Below, piece by piece: positions 18,279 through 27,568 of a stretch of DNA of 64,000 bases. Under the pieces are notes generated by a model, which saw nothing but the letters and a program-made list of their open reading frames with translations, was not told the DNA's origin and made no database searches. Source of the DNA: Clostridia bacterium. GTDB lineage: Bacteria > Bacillota > Clostridia > Christensenellales > UBA1242. Numbering within the stretch: position 1 is the stretch's first letter; every line of letters starts with the position of its first letter. Both the position numbers and the translations under genes were made by a program. The stretch covers positions 50,704 through 114,703 of the forward strand of contig JAZONM010000007.1 in assembly GCA_045654505.1 (NCBI GenBank), in the 5' to 3' direction.

Positions 18279-18425
18279 TTACCAATCGATTACTTTGTGC
18301 GTCCTGCTTTTAACATCATCATAATATTCAAAATATTTTTCTTTATCACGTTTGGTTTTTGCAAGTTCTTGTTGTCTTTTAATCTCAGCGTATGTGAGCT
18401 TTTTCTTATTGTCCTTTTTCTCCAT
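18279..18425 (-). CDS. Small Lys-rich hypothetical protein (48 aa), below the ORF-track size cut-off
   Basis: Manual translation: MEKKDNKKKLTYAEIKRQQELAKTKRDKEKYFEYYDDVKSRTHKVIDW*. Strong RBS AGGAGA sits 6 nt upstream of ATG 18425. It follows the terminator of the upstream gene. Confidence 0.45.
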   Translation of the reverse strand: MEKKDNKKKLTYAEIKRQQELAKTKRDKEKYFEYYDDVKSRTHKVIDW

Positions 18426-18439
18426 ATTGTCTCCTATTT

Positions 18440-18470
18440 AAAAAAGTCGAGAAATCTCGACTTTCTTTTT
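18440..18470 (-). terminator. Rho-independent terminator of the 99-aa membrane protein gene
   Basis: agtcgag-aaat-ctcgact hairpin flanked by A- and T-runs, directly after stop 18472. Confidence 0.8.
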
Positions 18471-18471
18471 A

Positions 18472-18771
18472 TTATCCAAGCAGTGCAGGAAAACTAAATC
18501 CCACTACAGCAGCGGCCAATACACAGTACAAAACAAATAGTATTAGTCCCCTACGGCATGCGAATGAGAATCCCACAACAATCAATGTAAACATAACAGC
18601 ATATTCTTTTATAGTACGAAGCGTATTCAGAAAACCGCTAGGCAAAAATTGTACTATACCATCATTGACAAACACCAATCCTAAAAGGACAACGGATAAA
18701 AATGCCATGATTTGACCAATAACTGTAAATATTTTACTAAAATTTCTTAATACCAACATTATGTTTACCAC
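18472..18771 (-). CDS. Hypothetical small membrane protein (3 predicted TM segments)
   Basis: 99-aa ORF with an AGGTG RBS and hydrophobic helices. I recognise no family. Confidence 0.55.
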   Translation of the reverse strand: MVNIMLVLRNFSKIFTVIGQIMAFLSVVLLGLVFVNDGIVQFLPSGFLNTLRTIKEYAVMFTLIVVGFSFACRRGLILFVLYCVLAAAVVGFSFPALLG

Positions 18772-18874
18772 CTTACACCTAAATTAAATCAATTTTTTAA
18801 ATAATTGTCAATACATTCAAAACATTTTATAGATATATTCACATCAAAAATTGATATGCTCGCTAACAAATATT

Positions 18875-20980
18875 TTATTCAAGAAGTGTCTCATACATAT
18901 CAAGTATTTCAGGATATCTATACAAATTGTTTATTTTATCAATCCTATTGTGTGTCGCAAGTGCGCCTCGCTTAAAATCATATTCTTCCCCGTCAGACAC
19001 ATTTGGATATTTCCATTCTATTACATTGTTGGCAAGCAAAAACTTATCATTAAAATACGGCGCTCCACTTATGTTGGATTGAAAAACATTTGTATTCTGA
19101 TCAAAAATAGAGTCACCATAATAAAAACACGGATTATACCCTACCCCCAAAACATCAAATAAGGTAGGAAGAAGATTGAAGGTGGAAGTAAATTTAGTCA
19201 TTTCATCATCACCCATTATGTCATAATATTTACTACTTAATTTTGTATCAAGAATAGCACAAGGTATCTTGTAGAGCGAGGTATCATATGTCGAGTTGGA
19301 ATAGTCCAAACCCCTCATGTAATAAGCAAGTCCATTATAATAACAATTATGATCTGCAAAAAATAATATCGTAGTAGTATCATAGAGTGTCAAATTTTTA
19401 CCTTCACTATCACAAATATCCGTCATTGTATTTTTCAAATTATTAATCAAAATCCCCACCATTTTATCTACGTCCATAGCAGCAGACTTGTACCACAGAA
19501 AGTAATTTAGCATTTCTTCATCTTCAGGTATTTCAAAACCCATATCTTCTAAAAACACACACATATTGTCATAATGTCCGCCGTTTTTGTCTTTATCTGC
19601 GGTCAATATGTCATAATATATTTGCAATTGAGGGCGGGGTTGATGATTGCCATGCATTGTTATTAGTGAGAAATGAGTAAATAAATTGCCGGAAGATTGT
19701 CTATTTACACTATTAGTCATTTTATCAAAATAACGACTCATAACTTCACTATCAAGGGTCCAATTTTTCCATTCATAAAATGGATTTTTATTATCTTCAT
19801 CAAAATCGACCCAATGGGTCAGCTGGTCCATTTTTTCAAGTCCAATCACTTCATCAAAACCCGCTTTTGAATGAGTTATGTTTCGATTGTAATACCAACT
19901 ACAATAGTCATGATAATAGGAAGTATTATATCCTATCTCTTTAAGTTTTGCAGGCAATGTAAATTTCGTATCTTTTGAGAAAAGCTGCATCACTTCGTCA
20001 CTGGCAGTATTTACGGGATATTCTTTGTCATAATTTCCGAAAAGTGCAAGACCCTCACTTATATTAGTGCGGTTGTTGGCATAAAAATTATTTAGTTTTA
20101 TTGTGTCCATACTTTCAAAAAATATATTGTATAAATTGGGTGTAAAATATGGGTCTATCGCATAATATTCCATAGTCTCTAAAAGGATAGTCATCACATT
20201 ATTTCCTTCCGATATCCCTGTGTAAGTCGAAGGCACATGCCGACCATTAGCCAAATACTTTGCCGTATCCCATTTCTCTTCTTCTGTTATGTTTTCTTTA
20301 CTTAATATGTTTGATATGTTTTTGATATAAAATCCAAATGTTCCAAATTTTTTATAAGCATCTGTTTTGCTCGTAAGATTCTCATAAAGATATTTGTCAC
20401 TTTCAAAAACATAAAAATCAGGACTATCAGAAAAGTCACTCACAAGACGACTTTGTATATGATAACCCGAAAGTCCTACAAATAGAAATATCAATGTGTA
20501 AGAAAGTATAATCGGTATGTTTTTTACTTTATAGACAAAATCGACTGTTTTCTTTTTTGAAATTTTAATGTAAATAAAAACAGATAAAATGTACAAAACA
20601 AGAATGATTGTTGTGCGTTTGTAGTCTATAAAAGATGGCTCAAATGCTCTGACACCCTCTTTTGAAAGGGCTAGCACATCCAAGGAAAACAATTCTCCCG
20701 CACCCTTCCTAATGATCAGATTTGCCACACACAACAACAACTGCAACGTATACAAAAACCAAAAAATAATGCTTTGCAAAATATAGTTTTGCGCAAGATA
20801 AATTATTGCGACAATAATCAAAATTGCACACAAATCAAAATAAAAATATTTTGGGAATACGCCAAAGTCCATACACATGAAAAAAACAATCTCCAACAAT
20901 ATTGCCGAGACGGCATAAAGCAGTATTAGTTTTGTACTTTTATTCATAATTTTCATTTTGTCATCAATTTTCCAATACAC
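18875..20980 (-). CDS. LTA-synthase-family / sulfatase-domain membrane protein (phosphoglycerol-transferase-like)
   Basis: 701 aa with about 5 N-terminal TM helices followed by a large extracytoplasmic domain, the layout of LtaS-type enzymes. The start is uncertain: GTG 20980, ATG 20956 or ATG 20947. Confidence 0.6.
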   Translation of the reverse strand: MYWKIDDKMKIMNKSTKLILLYAVSAILLEIVFFMCMDFGVFPKYFYFDLCAILIIVAIIYLAQNYILQSIIFWFLYTLQLLLCVANLIIRKGAGELFSLDVLALSKEGVRAFEPSFIDYKRTTIILVLYILSVFIYIKISKKKTVDFVYKVKNIPIILSYTLIFLFVGLSGYHIQSRLVSDFSDSPDFYVFESDKYLYENLTSKTDAYKKFGTFGFYIKNISNILSKENITEEEKWDTAKYLANGRHVPSTYTGISEGNNVMTILLETMEYYAIDPYFTPNLYNIFFESMDTIKLNNFYANNRTNISEGLALFGNYDKEYPVNTASDEVMQLFSKDTKFTLPAKLKEIGYNTSYYHDYCSWYYNRNITHSKAGFDEVIGLEKMDQLTHWVDFDEDNKNPFYEWKNWTLDSEVMSRYFDKMTNSVNRQSSGNLFTHFSLITMHGNHQPRPQLQIYYDILTADKDKNGGHYDNMCVFLEDMGFEIPEDEEMLNYFLWYKSAAMDVDKMVGILINNLKNTMTDICDSEGKNLTLYDTTTILFFADHNCYYNGLAYYMRGLDYSNSTYDTSLYKIPCAILDTKLSSKYYDIMGDDEMTKFTSTFNLLPTLFDVLGVGYNPCFYYGDSIFDQNTNVFQSNISGAPYFNDKFLLANNVIEWKYPNVSDGEEYDFKRGALATHNRIDKINNLYRYPEILDMYETLLE

Positions 20981-21143
20981 TTATTCTAAACATAAGTTTT
21001 ACTAAAGAAAAATATATAAAAGTCGTTTTCCTTAGAAAGATTTTGATTCTTTAAAAAAACGACAAAACCCTCTCCAACATCTACAAAATCCGCACAACAC
21101 ACGTTTTTATGAGTTGAGGAAAAGCATATATTGACAAATATTA

Positions 21144-21172
21144 TTGCCAAAAAGTGTTTATGGTGGTATAAT
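21144..21172 (+). promoter_or_regulatory. Sigma70-type promoter of leuS (TTGCCA-17-TGgTATAAT)
   Basis: -35 TTGCCA at 21144-21149, 17-nt spacer, extended -10 TG-g-TATAAT at 21164-21172. This leaves only about a 20-nt leader before RBS GAGGAG and ATG 21196. Confidence 0.7.
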
Positions 21173-21195
21173 TTGCGTATATTTGAGGAGAAATT

Positions 21196-23622
21196 ATGCG
21201 CGAATATAATTTTGAAGAGATAGAAAGAAAATGGCAAGAAAAATGGGCAAAAGAAAAGGCTTTTAAAGCCATTGATTTTCACCCTACAAAACCTAAATAC
21301 TATATGCTTTACGAATTTCCAAATGTAAGCGGAAATCTACACATGGGACACCTAAAAGGTACAGTACCTTCAGACGCACTGGCTCGTTATAAAAGATTTT
21401 GTGGCTATAATGTATTGTTTCCTATTGGCGGTGATGCTTTTGGACTTCCTGCTGAAAATGCAGCAATCAAATATGGTATCAATCCTAAAAAATTTGTAGC
21501 AGACGGCTTTAAAAACATAACTGACCAATTTGTAAGACTTGGTTTGTCTTTCGATAGAGAACGCTCATTCTGTACAAGCGACGAAGACTATTACAAATGG
21601 ACTCAATGGATTTTCATGCAATTGTACAAACACGGAAAGGCATACAAAGAATATGGCACTGTAAATTTTTGTCCTAATTGCAAAACCGTATTGTCAAATG
21701 AAGATAGCCAAGGCGGAAAATGCGACAGATGTAATGGTGCTGTCCAACAAGTCGAGCGCTCTGTTTGGTTTTTGAGAATGAAGGAGTATTCGGAAAAGCT
21801 TCTTGGTAATGTAGACAGAATACAAATGAACGAAAACCTTAAAGAACAACAACGCAACTGGATTGGCAAAAGTGAAGGAATGCAAGTGAAATTTGGTCTT
21901 GTAGATGAAAAAGACAACAAATTGGGCGAAATTGAGATATACACAACTTGCATTGAGACAATCTATGGCGTAACTTTTGTAGTTGTTGCTCCAGAAAATC
22001 ACTTAATCGATAAATATACAGATGTTATTCAAAACATGGCTGATATCGAGGAATATAGAAGAAAAACCTCTTTGCGAAGCGAGTTTGACCGAATGAGCGA
22101 CACCAAGACAAAGACTGGCTGTGAAGTAAAAGGTTTGTACGCAATCAATCCTCTTACAAACAAAAAAGTAGCCGTATATCTTGCTGACTTTGTGCTTGCC
22201 AATTATGGTACTGGCGCGGTAATGGCCGTTCCGTCTCACGACCAAAGAGACTATGACTTTGCAAAAGCATTTGATATCCCTATGATTCAAGTAATAGAAG
22301 GCGATGTAAGCGAAAAAGCGGTTGAGAAAACCGAATACATACCTCTTGATAGCCGACTTATAAATTCGGGCGAATTTTCGGGCATGACTATCAGTGAGGC
22401 AAAACCTAAAATGTGCGAAAAAGTAATAGATATGGGCGTAGGATATCGTCAAATCAATTATAAAATGAAAGACTGGCCTTTCAATCGTCAAAGATTTTGG
22501 GGCGAACCTTTCCCTATTGTATACTGCGACAAATGTGGTACAGTATGTCTTGATGAAAAAGATTTACCTGTTACGCTTCCCCAAACTGATGATTATCTTC
22601 CAAATGAGACAGGCGACTCGCCTTTGACAAAGATAACCGATTGGGTAAATTGCACTTGTCCAAAATGTGGCGGAAAGGCAAAAAGAGAAACTGACACAAT
22701 GCCAAATTGGGCAGGATCTAGCTGGTACTGGCTTAGATATTGCGACCCACACAATGACAAAGCTCTTGCGGATTTCGACAAACTGAAGTATTGGGGAAGT
22801 GTGGATTGTTATACTGGTGGAACCGAACACATAACTCGTCACGTACTATACGCCTTCTTCTGGCAAAACTTCTTGTATGAGATTGGAGTTGCGCCTACTC
22901 GTGACCCATTCATTAGAAAAATGGGTAGTGGTCTAATATTGGACGACCAAGGAAAGAAATTGAGTAAAAGTAGCGCTAATGGTGTACCTGCGATTGATGT
23001 TCTTAATCAATACGGCGCCGACTCTACTCGTCTTCACGTACACTTCCTTGGTGGATATGAAGACAATACCCCTTGGACTTTTGATGGAATGGCAGGAATA
23101 ACAAGTTTTGTCAATCGCGTATGGAGTCTTCAAGATATGATTAAAGGCGAAGAAGTAAGTAAAGAACATATTTACGACTTAAGCAAAACAATCAAAAAAG
23201 TCGGTGAAGACTTAGAAAACTTAAGACTAAACACAGCTATTTCCTCTCTAATGATTTTCCTTAAGAAAGTAAAAGAAGATGGTTATATCACAAAAGAAGA
23301 ATTGAGACAATTTTTGATTTTGCTTAATCCTATCGCTCCACACATAACAAGCGAGATGTATGAAATAGTATTTGGAAAAGACATTATCAATGAAACATGG
23401 CCTACATACGACGAGAAGAATTTGGTAAAATCCGAAATCGAATTGGCTTTACAAGTCAACAGCAAGATAATTGCGCGAGCAAACTTCTCTACTGACCTAG
23501 ATGAAAAACAACTTGAAGAGATGGCTCTACAAAACGAGGAAGTCATTAAAGCCATTATCGGAAAACAAGTAGTAAAAGTTGTGGTAGTAAAAGGTAGATT
23601 GATAAATATTATCGCAAGATAA
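21196..23622 (+). CDS. leuS: Leucine--tRNA ligase
   Basis: 808 aa with HMGH (HIGH) and KLSKS (KMSKS) class I motifs and a CP1 insertion with zinc-type Cys pairs. Confidence 0.95.
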   Translation: MREYNFEEIERKWQEKWAKEKAFKAIDFHPTKPKYYMLYEFPNVSGNLHMGHLKGTVPSDALARYKRFCGYNVLFPIGGDAFGLPAENAAIKYGINPKKFVADGFKNITDQFVRLGLSFDRERSFCTSDEDYYKWTQWIFMQLYKHGKAYKEYGTVNFCPNCKTVLSNEDSQGGKCDRCNGAVQQVERSVWFLRMKEYSEKLLGNVDRIQMNENLKEQQRNWIGKSEGMQVKFGLVDEKDNKLGEIEIYTTCIETIYGVTFVVVAPENHLIDKYTDVIQNMADIEEYRRKTSLRSEFDRMSDTKTKTGCEVKGLYAINPLTNKKVAVYLADFVLANYGTGAVMAVPSHDQRDYDFAKAFDIPMIQVIEGDVSEKAVEKTEYIPLDSRLINSGEFSGMTISEAKPKMCEKVIDMGVGYRQINYKMKDWPFNRQRFWGEPFPIVYCDKCGTVCLDEKDLPVTLPQTDDYLPNETGDSPLTKITDWVNCTCPKCGGKAKRETDTMPNWAGSSWYWLRYCDPHNDKALADFDKLKYWGSVDCYTGGTEHITRHVLYAFFWQNFLYEIGVAPTRDPFIRKMGSGLILDDQGKKLSKSSANGVPAIDVLNQYGADSTRLHVHFLGGYEDNTPWTFDGMAGITSFVNRVWSLQDMIKGEEVSKEHIYDLSKTIKKVGEDLENLRLNTAISSLMIFLKKVKEDGYITKEELRQFLILLNPIAPHITSEMYEIVFGKDIINETWPTYDEKNLVKSEIELALQVNSKIIARANFSTDLDEKQLEEMALQNEEVIKAIIGKQVVKVVVVKGRLINIIAR

Positions 23623-23634
23623 ACATTACAAAAT

Positions 23635-23666
23635 AAAAAATCTAGTCAAAAGACTAGATTTTTTCT
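23635..23666 (+). terminator. Rho-independent terminator of leuS
   Basis: tctagtc-aaaa-gactaga hairpin plus a T6 run. Confidence 0.85.
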
Positions 23667-23710
23667 TTTATTTGTTTTTTATTTTTACACACGACCAGTA
23701 ATATTAAATA

Positions 23711-25507
23711 CTAGTTTTGAGCATAAACATAAGTTTTGCTACTTTGAAGTTTTATTAGAGGATAGCTTGCAAGCGCTCCTTCCAAATCCGCTTCAGCTAC
23801 AACAGTATTTGACAATCCTGTATTTGCTCCACCAATCATGTAATAACGATACTCATGAGCTTTAAGATTAGCAAAAGTGTTTACAGGAGTGGAAGCAAGA
23901 CCACCATCTACCAATACGATATATCCATTTCCTGCCTTACTTGCAAGAGTAGGAAGATTGGCACTTAGATTTCCATTAGTGGTTTTTGCATAATAAACTT
24001 GTTTTGTCTCGCTATCATTGCTCAATTTTTTTATACCATTCTGAACAATTGTTACGTTGGCTTTGTCTGTAGCCTCGATTGTATATGGATTACCTGCTGT
24101 AGTAAGTTCTACATTTCCATCCTTACTAACAACTTTAGTATAATAATATTCGTCAACAGATTTCATGCTATTGAATGCAGAATTTAGTGTAATTGAACCT
24201 TTGACATTTGTAAATAGTCCGTTTTGATAATACTCTTTTACGTCAATATTACCATAAGTATTGTATATTACCATAGATGATGTTTCAGTCATAGTTGTTG
24301 TGCCATCATTCGCTGGCAATACACCACTTTTCTTTATAGTAATATTTGAATTTTCATTTTTAATTGATGCTTGATTGCATAGCAAATCTATAGTTATGCT
24401 ACCATATATATTGTCAATACGGGTTTTGCCCATTAAATTTTTTATTACAATATTTGCATTTTCTGTGAATATAGAAACATTGTTTAGGGTTGTTGTGCCA
24501 TTTTCTTTATAATGATACTTCTCCTCAACAGTTTCGGTAGCCGCTGCTGTCACCTCTTTTGTATAATTACTGCAATTTATTGTGCCTACTTGTACACCGC
24601 CTGAAGCAGATTTGAATACAAAATCTCCATTCTCACAAGTAATTTCATTTGCCTTTAGCAAGATATTATTTCCCAATATCTCAACACCATTTTTTGCTAC
24701 CAAAGTATCAAAGATATAATCTGCCTTATCTGAATTAAGTACAAATTTTTCTTTGATTGTAAGCTTTGTAAAACTTGAGAAATCAAATATACCACGTTTT
24801 GTAGACAAAATAATATTATCTAAAGTTACGTCTGTCTTTGCATTGTCACCGTCTCTATCAAAACCACCAAGTGTGATATTGCCAGTCTCAGTCTTAGCAA
24901 CAAGTGATTTTACTCTAAGTGGCGCATTAAATTTATTGTCATCGGTAACACTATTTTTTAGTGTTATGCTACCCTTTGTAGTAGTAATGTCACAGTAATA
25001 CGAAATTTCTTTCTTTGATTCTGTCTTTGTAAAAATTTCTGGCACTACTATAACAATACGATTTCTTTCTTTATCAAAACTGATAGCACCTTCAGGATTG
25101 GCCACTTTCATATTGACAATCATGCAGCCATCTTTCATAGAAAGAGATGTAGTAACAGCAGGAGTGTATACCTTATCTGTAGATTTTACAAAACCTGTAA
25201 AGTCGCTCACTGTATAGTAATTGATTTGCGAACCTTCTTTGTCTGGTTGGATCCTAACAGAATACACACCAGAATCAATAACAAACTTTATACGAGGATT
25301 GTCATTTTCAATCGCTTGTCCATTATGCACAAAATTATTTATATTTATTGACGCAAAACGGTCAGTCTGAATATTGATATTTTTGAAAGTGTACCCAAAA
25401 AGTGACCACTTGAATAGATACATTCCGCCCAATAACAATATTCCTACCACGAATACTGCTCCTATTATCAACATAGTGTAGATAAAAATACCCTTTAGTA
25501 CTTTCAT
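23711..25507 (-). CDS. Membrane-anchored beta-strand-repeat protein (DUF4097/putative-adhesin-like)
   Basis: 598 aa with RBS GAGGA and a single N-terminal TM. G-[SN]-I-T-[LI] strands recur (GSITLKN, GNITLGG, GSITIDL, GNIDVKE, GSITLNS, GNVELTT). Confidence 0.5.
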   Translation of the reverse strand: MKVLKGIFIYTMLIIGAVFVVGILLLGGMYLFKWSLFGYTFKNINIQTDRFASININNFVHNGQAIENDNPRIKFVIDSGVYSVRIQPDKEGSQINYYTVSDFTGFVKSTDKVYTPAVTTSLSMKDGCMIVNMKVANPEGAISFDKERNRIVIVVPEIFTKTESKKEISYYCDITTTKGSITLKNSVTDDNKFNAPLRVKSLVAKTETGNITLGGFDRDGDNAKTDVTLDNIILSTKRGIFDFSSFTKLTIKEKFVLNSDKADYIFDTLVAKNGVEILGNNILLKANEITCENGDFVFKSASGGVQVGTINCSNYTKEVTAAATETVEEKYHYKENGTTTLNNVSIFTENANIVIKNLMGKTRIDNIYGSITIDLLCNQASIKNENSNITIKKSGVLPANDGTTTMTETSSMVIYNTYGNIDVKEYYQNGLFTNVKGSITLNSAFNSMKSVDEYYYTKVVSKDGNVELTTAGNPYTIEATDKANVTIVQNGIKKLSNDSETKQVYYAKTTNGNLSANLPTLASKAGNGYIVLVDGGLASTPVNTFANLKAHEYRYYMIGGANTGLSNTVVAEADLEGALASYPLIKLQSSKTYVYAQN

Positions 25508-25580
25508 ATTTTAATCCTCAAACATTTTTTTTATTATATAATAATAAATTTTAAAAAGCAATTGATACGCAATATACTTT

Positions 25581-27407
25581 TTACTTTTTAATTACAGCCT
25601 TTATACGTCTAACGCCTGCACTACTGCTCTCTTCTTTAACAATTTTGAAAGAAACCAATTCGCTAGTATTATTGGCGTGTGGTCCTCCACAAATTTCCTT
25701 ACTAACATTACCAATTGTGTAAACTTTTACACGATTGCCATATTTGCTATCAAAAATTCCAAGAGCACCTGAGTTTTTAGCATCTTCGACACTCATCTCC
25801 TCACAAGTAACAGGGATGGCTTGCTTGATTGCGTCGTTTACAAAATCTTCTACTTTTTGTTTTTCCTCAGCGGTCATTGGTTTTCCGTACGAGAAGTCAA
25901 AACGAAGTCTCTCACTTGTAATATTACTGCCTCTTTGGTAGACATCATTACCAAGATAATGCCTTAGACCAGCTTGAAGCAAGTGACAAGCAGTATGAAG
26001 TAGTATTGTGTCTGCATCATTGTCTGCAAGACCACCTTTAAAGTGACCGCTACTGCTACTACGAGCAAGTTCTTGGTGAGCCTTATACGCTTCTTCAAAG
26101 CCTTTCTCGTCCACAGTATAACCTTTTTCTTCTGCCATCTCACGAGTTATTTCTAGCGGAAAACCAAATGTTTCGTAAAGACGAAAAGCTTGTTTTCCAT
26201 TGATAATATTTTCTACTACTTCACCTTTGGCCTTTGCAAATTCTTTATGTTTTTCAATATTGCTTATAACTTTCTCAAATTCTTTTACGCCTTGATTTAG
26301 TGTTTTTAAAAATTTCTCTTCTTCCTTATTCAATTCGCTCAAAATCTTCTCGCGATTTTCCACAAATTCAGGATAAAACTCTTTAAAATAATCAATATAT
26401 ACATCTGCAATTTGACCAAGACTGCCTTCGGCAATACCAAGAAGTCTCGAATGTCTTACTGCCTTACGTATTAGACGGCGTAGTACATATCCTGCATCTG
26501 TATTGCTAGGAGTGATACCATTTACATCTCCCAAAATAACAGTAGCAGTACGTACATGGTCAGCAATGATACGGAAAGAACGTGTCCATTCATCACCATC
26601 ATCATTGTATTTTTTGCCTGACAATTCTTCAATTTTTTTCAAAGAACCCTCAAATACATCAGTCATATATACAGTCTTCACACCATTCAATACAATAAGA
26701 TTACGCTCTAATCCAAATCCACAGTCTACATTTCTTTGTTTTGCTGGTATATACTTATTGTCATCAATTTTCTCGTATTCCATATATACGTCATTACCAA
26801 GCTCAACAAATTTTCCACAGTGACATGATGGATTGCAATGCTCACTACATTTAGGTTTTCCTGTATCTAAAAACATTTCACTATCTGGTCCGCAAGGTCC
26901 GCGATTTATCTCCCACCAATTGTCCTCTTTTGGCATGAAATATATGCGGTCTTTTGGCATTCCACATTCTTCCCAAAGACGTGCACTTTCCTCGTCGCGT
27001 GGTGCATACTCATTGCCTTCAAAAACAGTAACTGCCAATTGAGTAGGTTTTAGTCCAAGATACTTTTCACTTGTCAAAAACTCATAACTCCAAGGAATTT
27101 TCTTTTCTTTAAAGTAGTCTCCAAGACTCCAATTGCCCATCATTTCAAAGAATGTCAAGTGAGTGCCATCACCCACCTCATCTACGTCACCTGTGCGAAT
27201 ACATTTTTGAATATCACAAAGACGTTTTCCCTCAGGGTGTTTTTGTCCAAGAAGATATGGCACAAGTGGGTGCATACCAGCAGTAGTAAACAATACTGAA
27301 TTGTCGTTTTCGGGAATAACAGACGCACTAGGAATAATCACGTGCCCTTTACTCTCATAAAACTCCAACCATAATTTCTTTAATTGATTTCCAGTAAATT
27401 TCATCAT
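25581..27407 (-). CDS. alaS: Alanine--tRNA ligase, short form lacking the C-Ala domain
   Basis: 608 aa. Class II AlaRS core (FTTAGMHPLVPYLLG, FEMMGNWSLGDYFK) and editing-domain zinc motifs HTACHLL and CGGPH. The protein ends about 35 aa after CGGPH. Confidence 0.85.
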   Translation of the reverse strand: MMKFTGNQLKKLWLEFYESKGHVIIPSASVIPENDNSVLFTTAGMHPLVPYLLGQKHPEGKRLCDIQKCIRTGDVDEVGDGTHLTFFEMMGNWSLGDYFKEKKIPWSYEFLTSEKYLGLKPTQLAVTVFEGNEYAPRDEESARLWEECGMPKDRIYFMPKEDNWWEINRGPCGPDSEMFLDTGKPKCSEHCNPSCHCGKFVELGNDVYMEYEKIDDNKYIPAKQRNVDCGFGLERNLIVLNGVKTVYMTDVFEGSLKKIEELSGKKYNDDGDEWTRSFRIIADHVRTATVILGDVNGITPSNTDAGYVLRRLIRKAVRHSRLLGIAEGSLGQIADVYIDYFKEFYPEFVENREKILSELNKEEEKFLKTLNQGVKEFEKVISNIEKHKEFAKAKGEVVENIINGKQAFRLYETFGFPLEITREMAEEKGYTVDEKGFEEAYKAHQELARSSSSGHFKGGLADNDADTILLHTACHLLQAGLRHYLGNDVYQRGSNITSERLRFDFSYGKPMTAEEKQKVEDFVNDAIKQAIPVTCEEMSVEDAKNSGALGIFDSKYGNRVKVYTIGNVSKEICGGPHANNTSELVSFKIVKEESSSAGVRRIKAVIKK

Positions 27408-27501
27408 TGTCCTCTTTTTATACTCTATTATATTTTATATAATAGCATAATCTTTATGTTTTTTTCAACTATAAAACCGCTTATTTGCGATTATTTGTAA
27501 A

Positions 27502-27532
27502 TAAAAAGACCTGCAATCGCACAGGTCTTTTC
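27502..27532 (-). terminator. Rho-independent terminator of dnaB
   Basis: agacctg-(8 nt)-caggtct hairpin with a T-run on the minus strand, about 40 nt after stop 27569. Confidence 0.8.
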
Positions 27533-27568
27533 AAATTTGAGAGTTTATCTTTCTCTACCCGATAAATT

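Noticed and set aside
20986-21282. 98-aa minus-strand ORF overlapping the leuS promoter and start
   Set aside because: It is a low-complexity Phe/Lys-rich product with no RBS. It spans a well-defined promoter and the first 29 codons of leuS.
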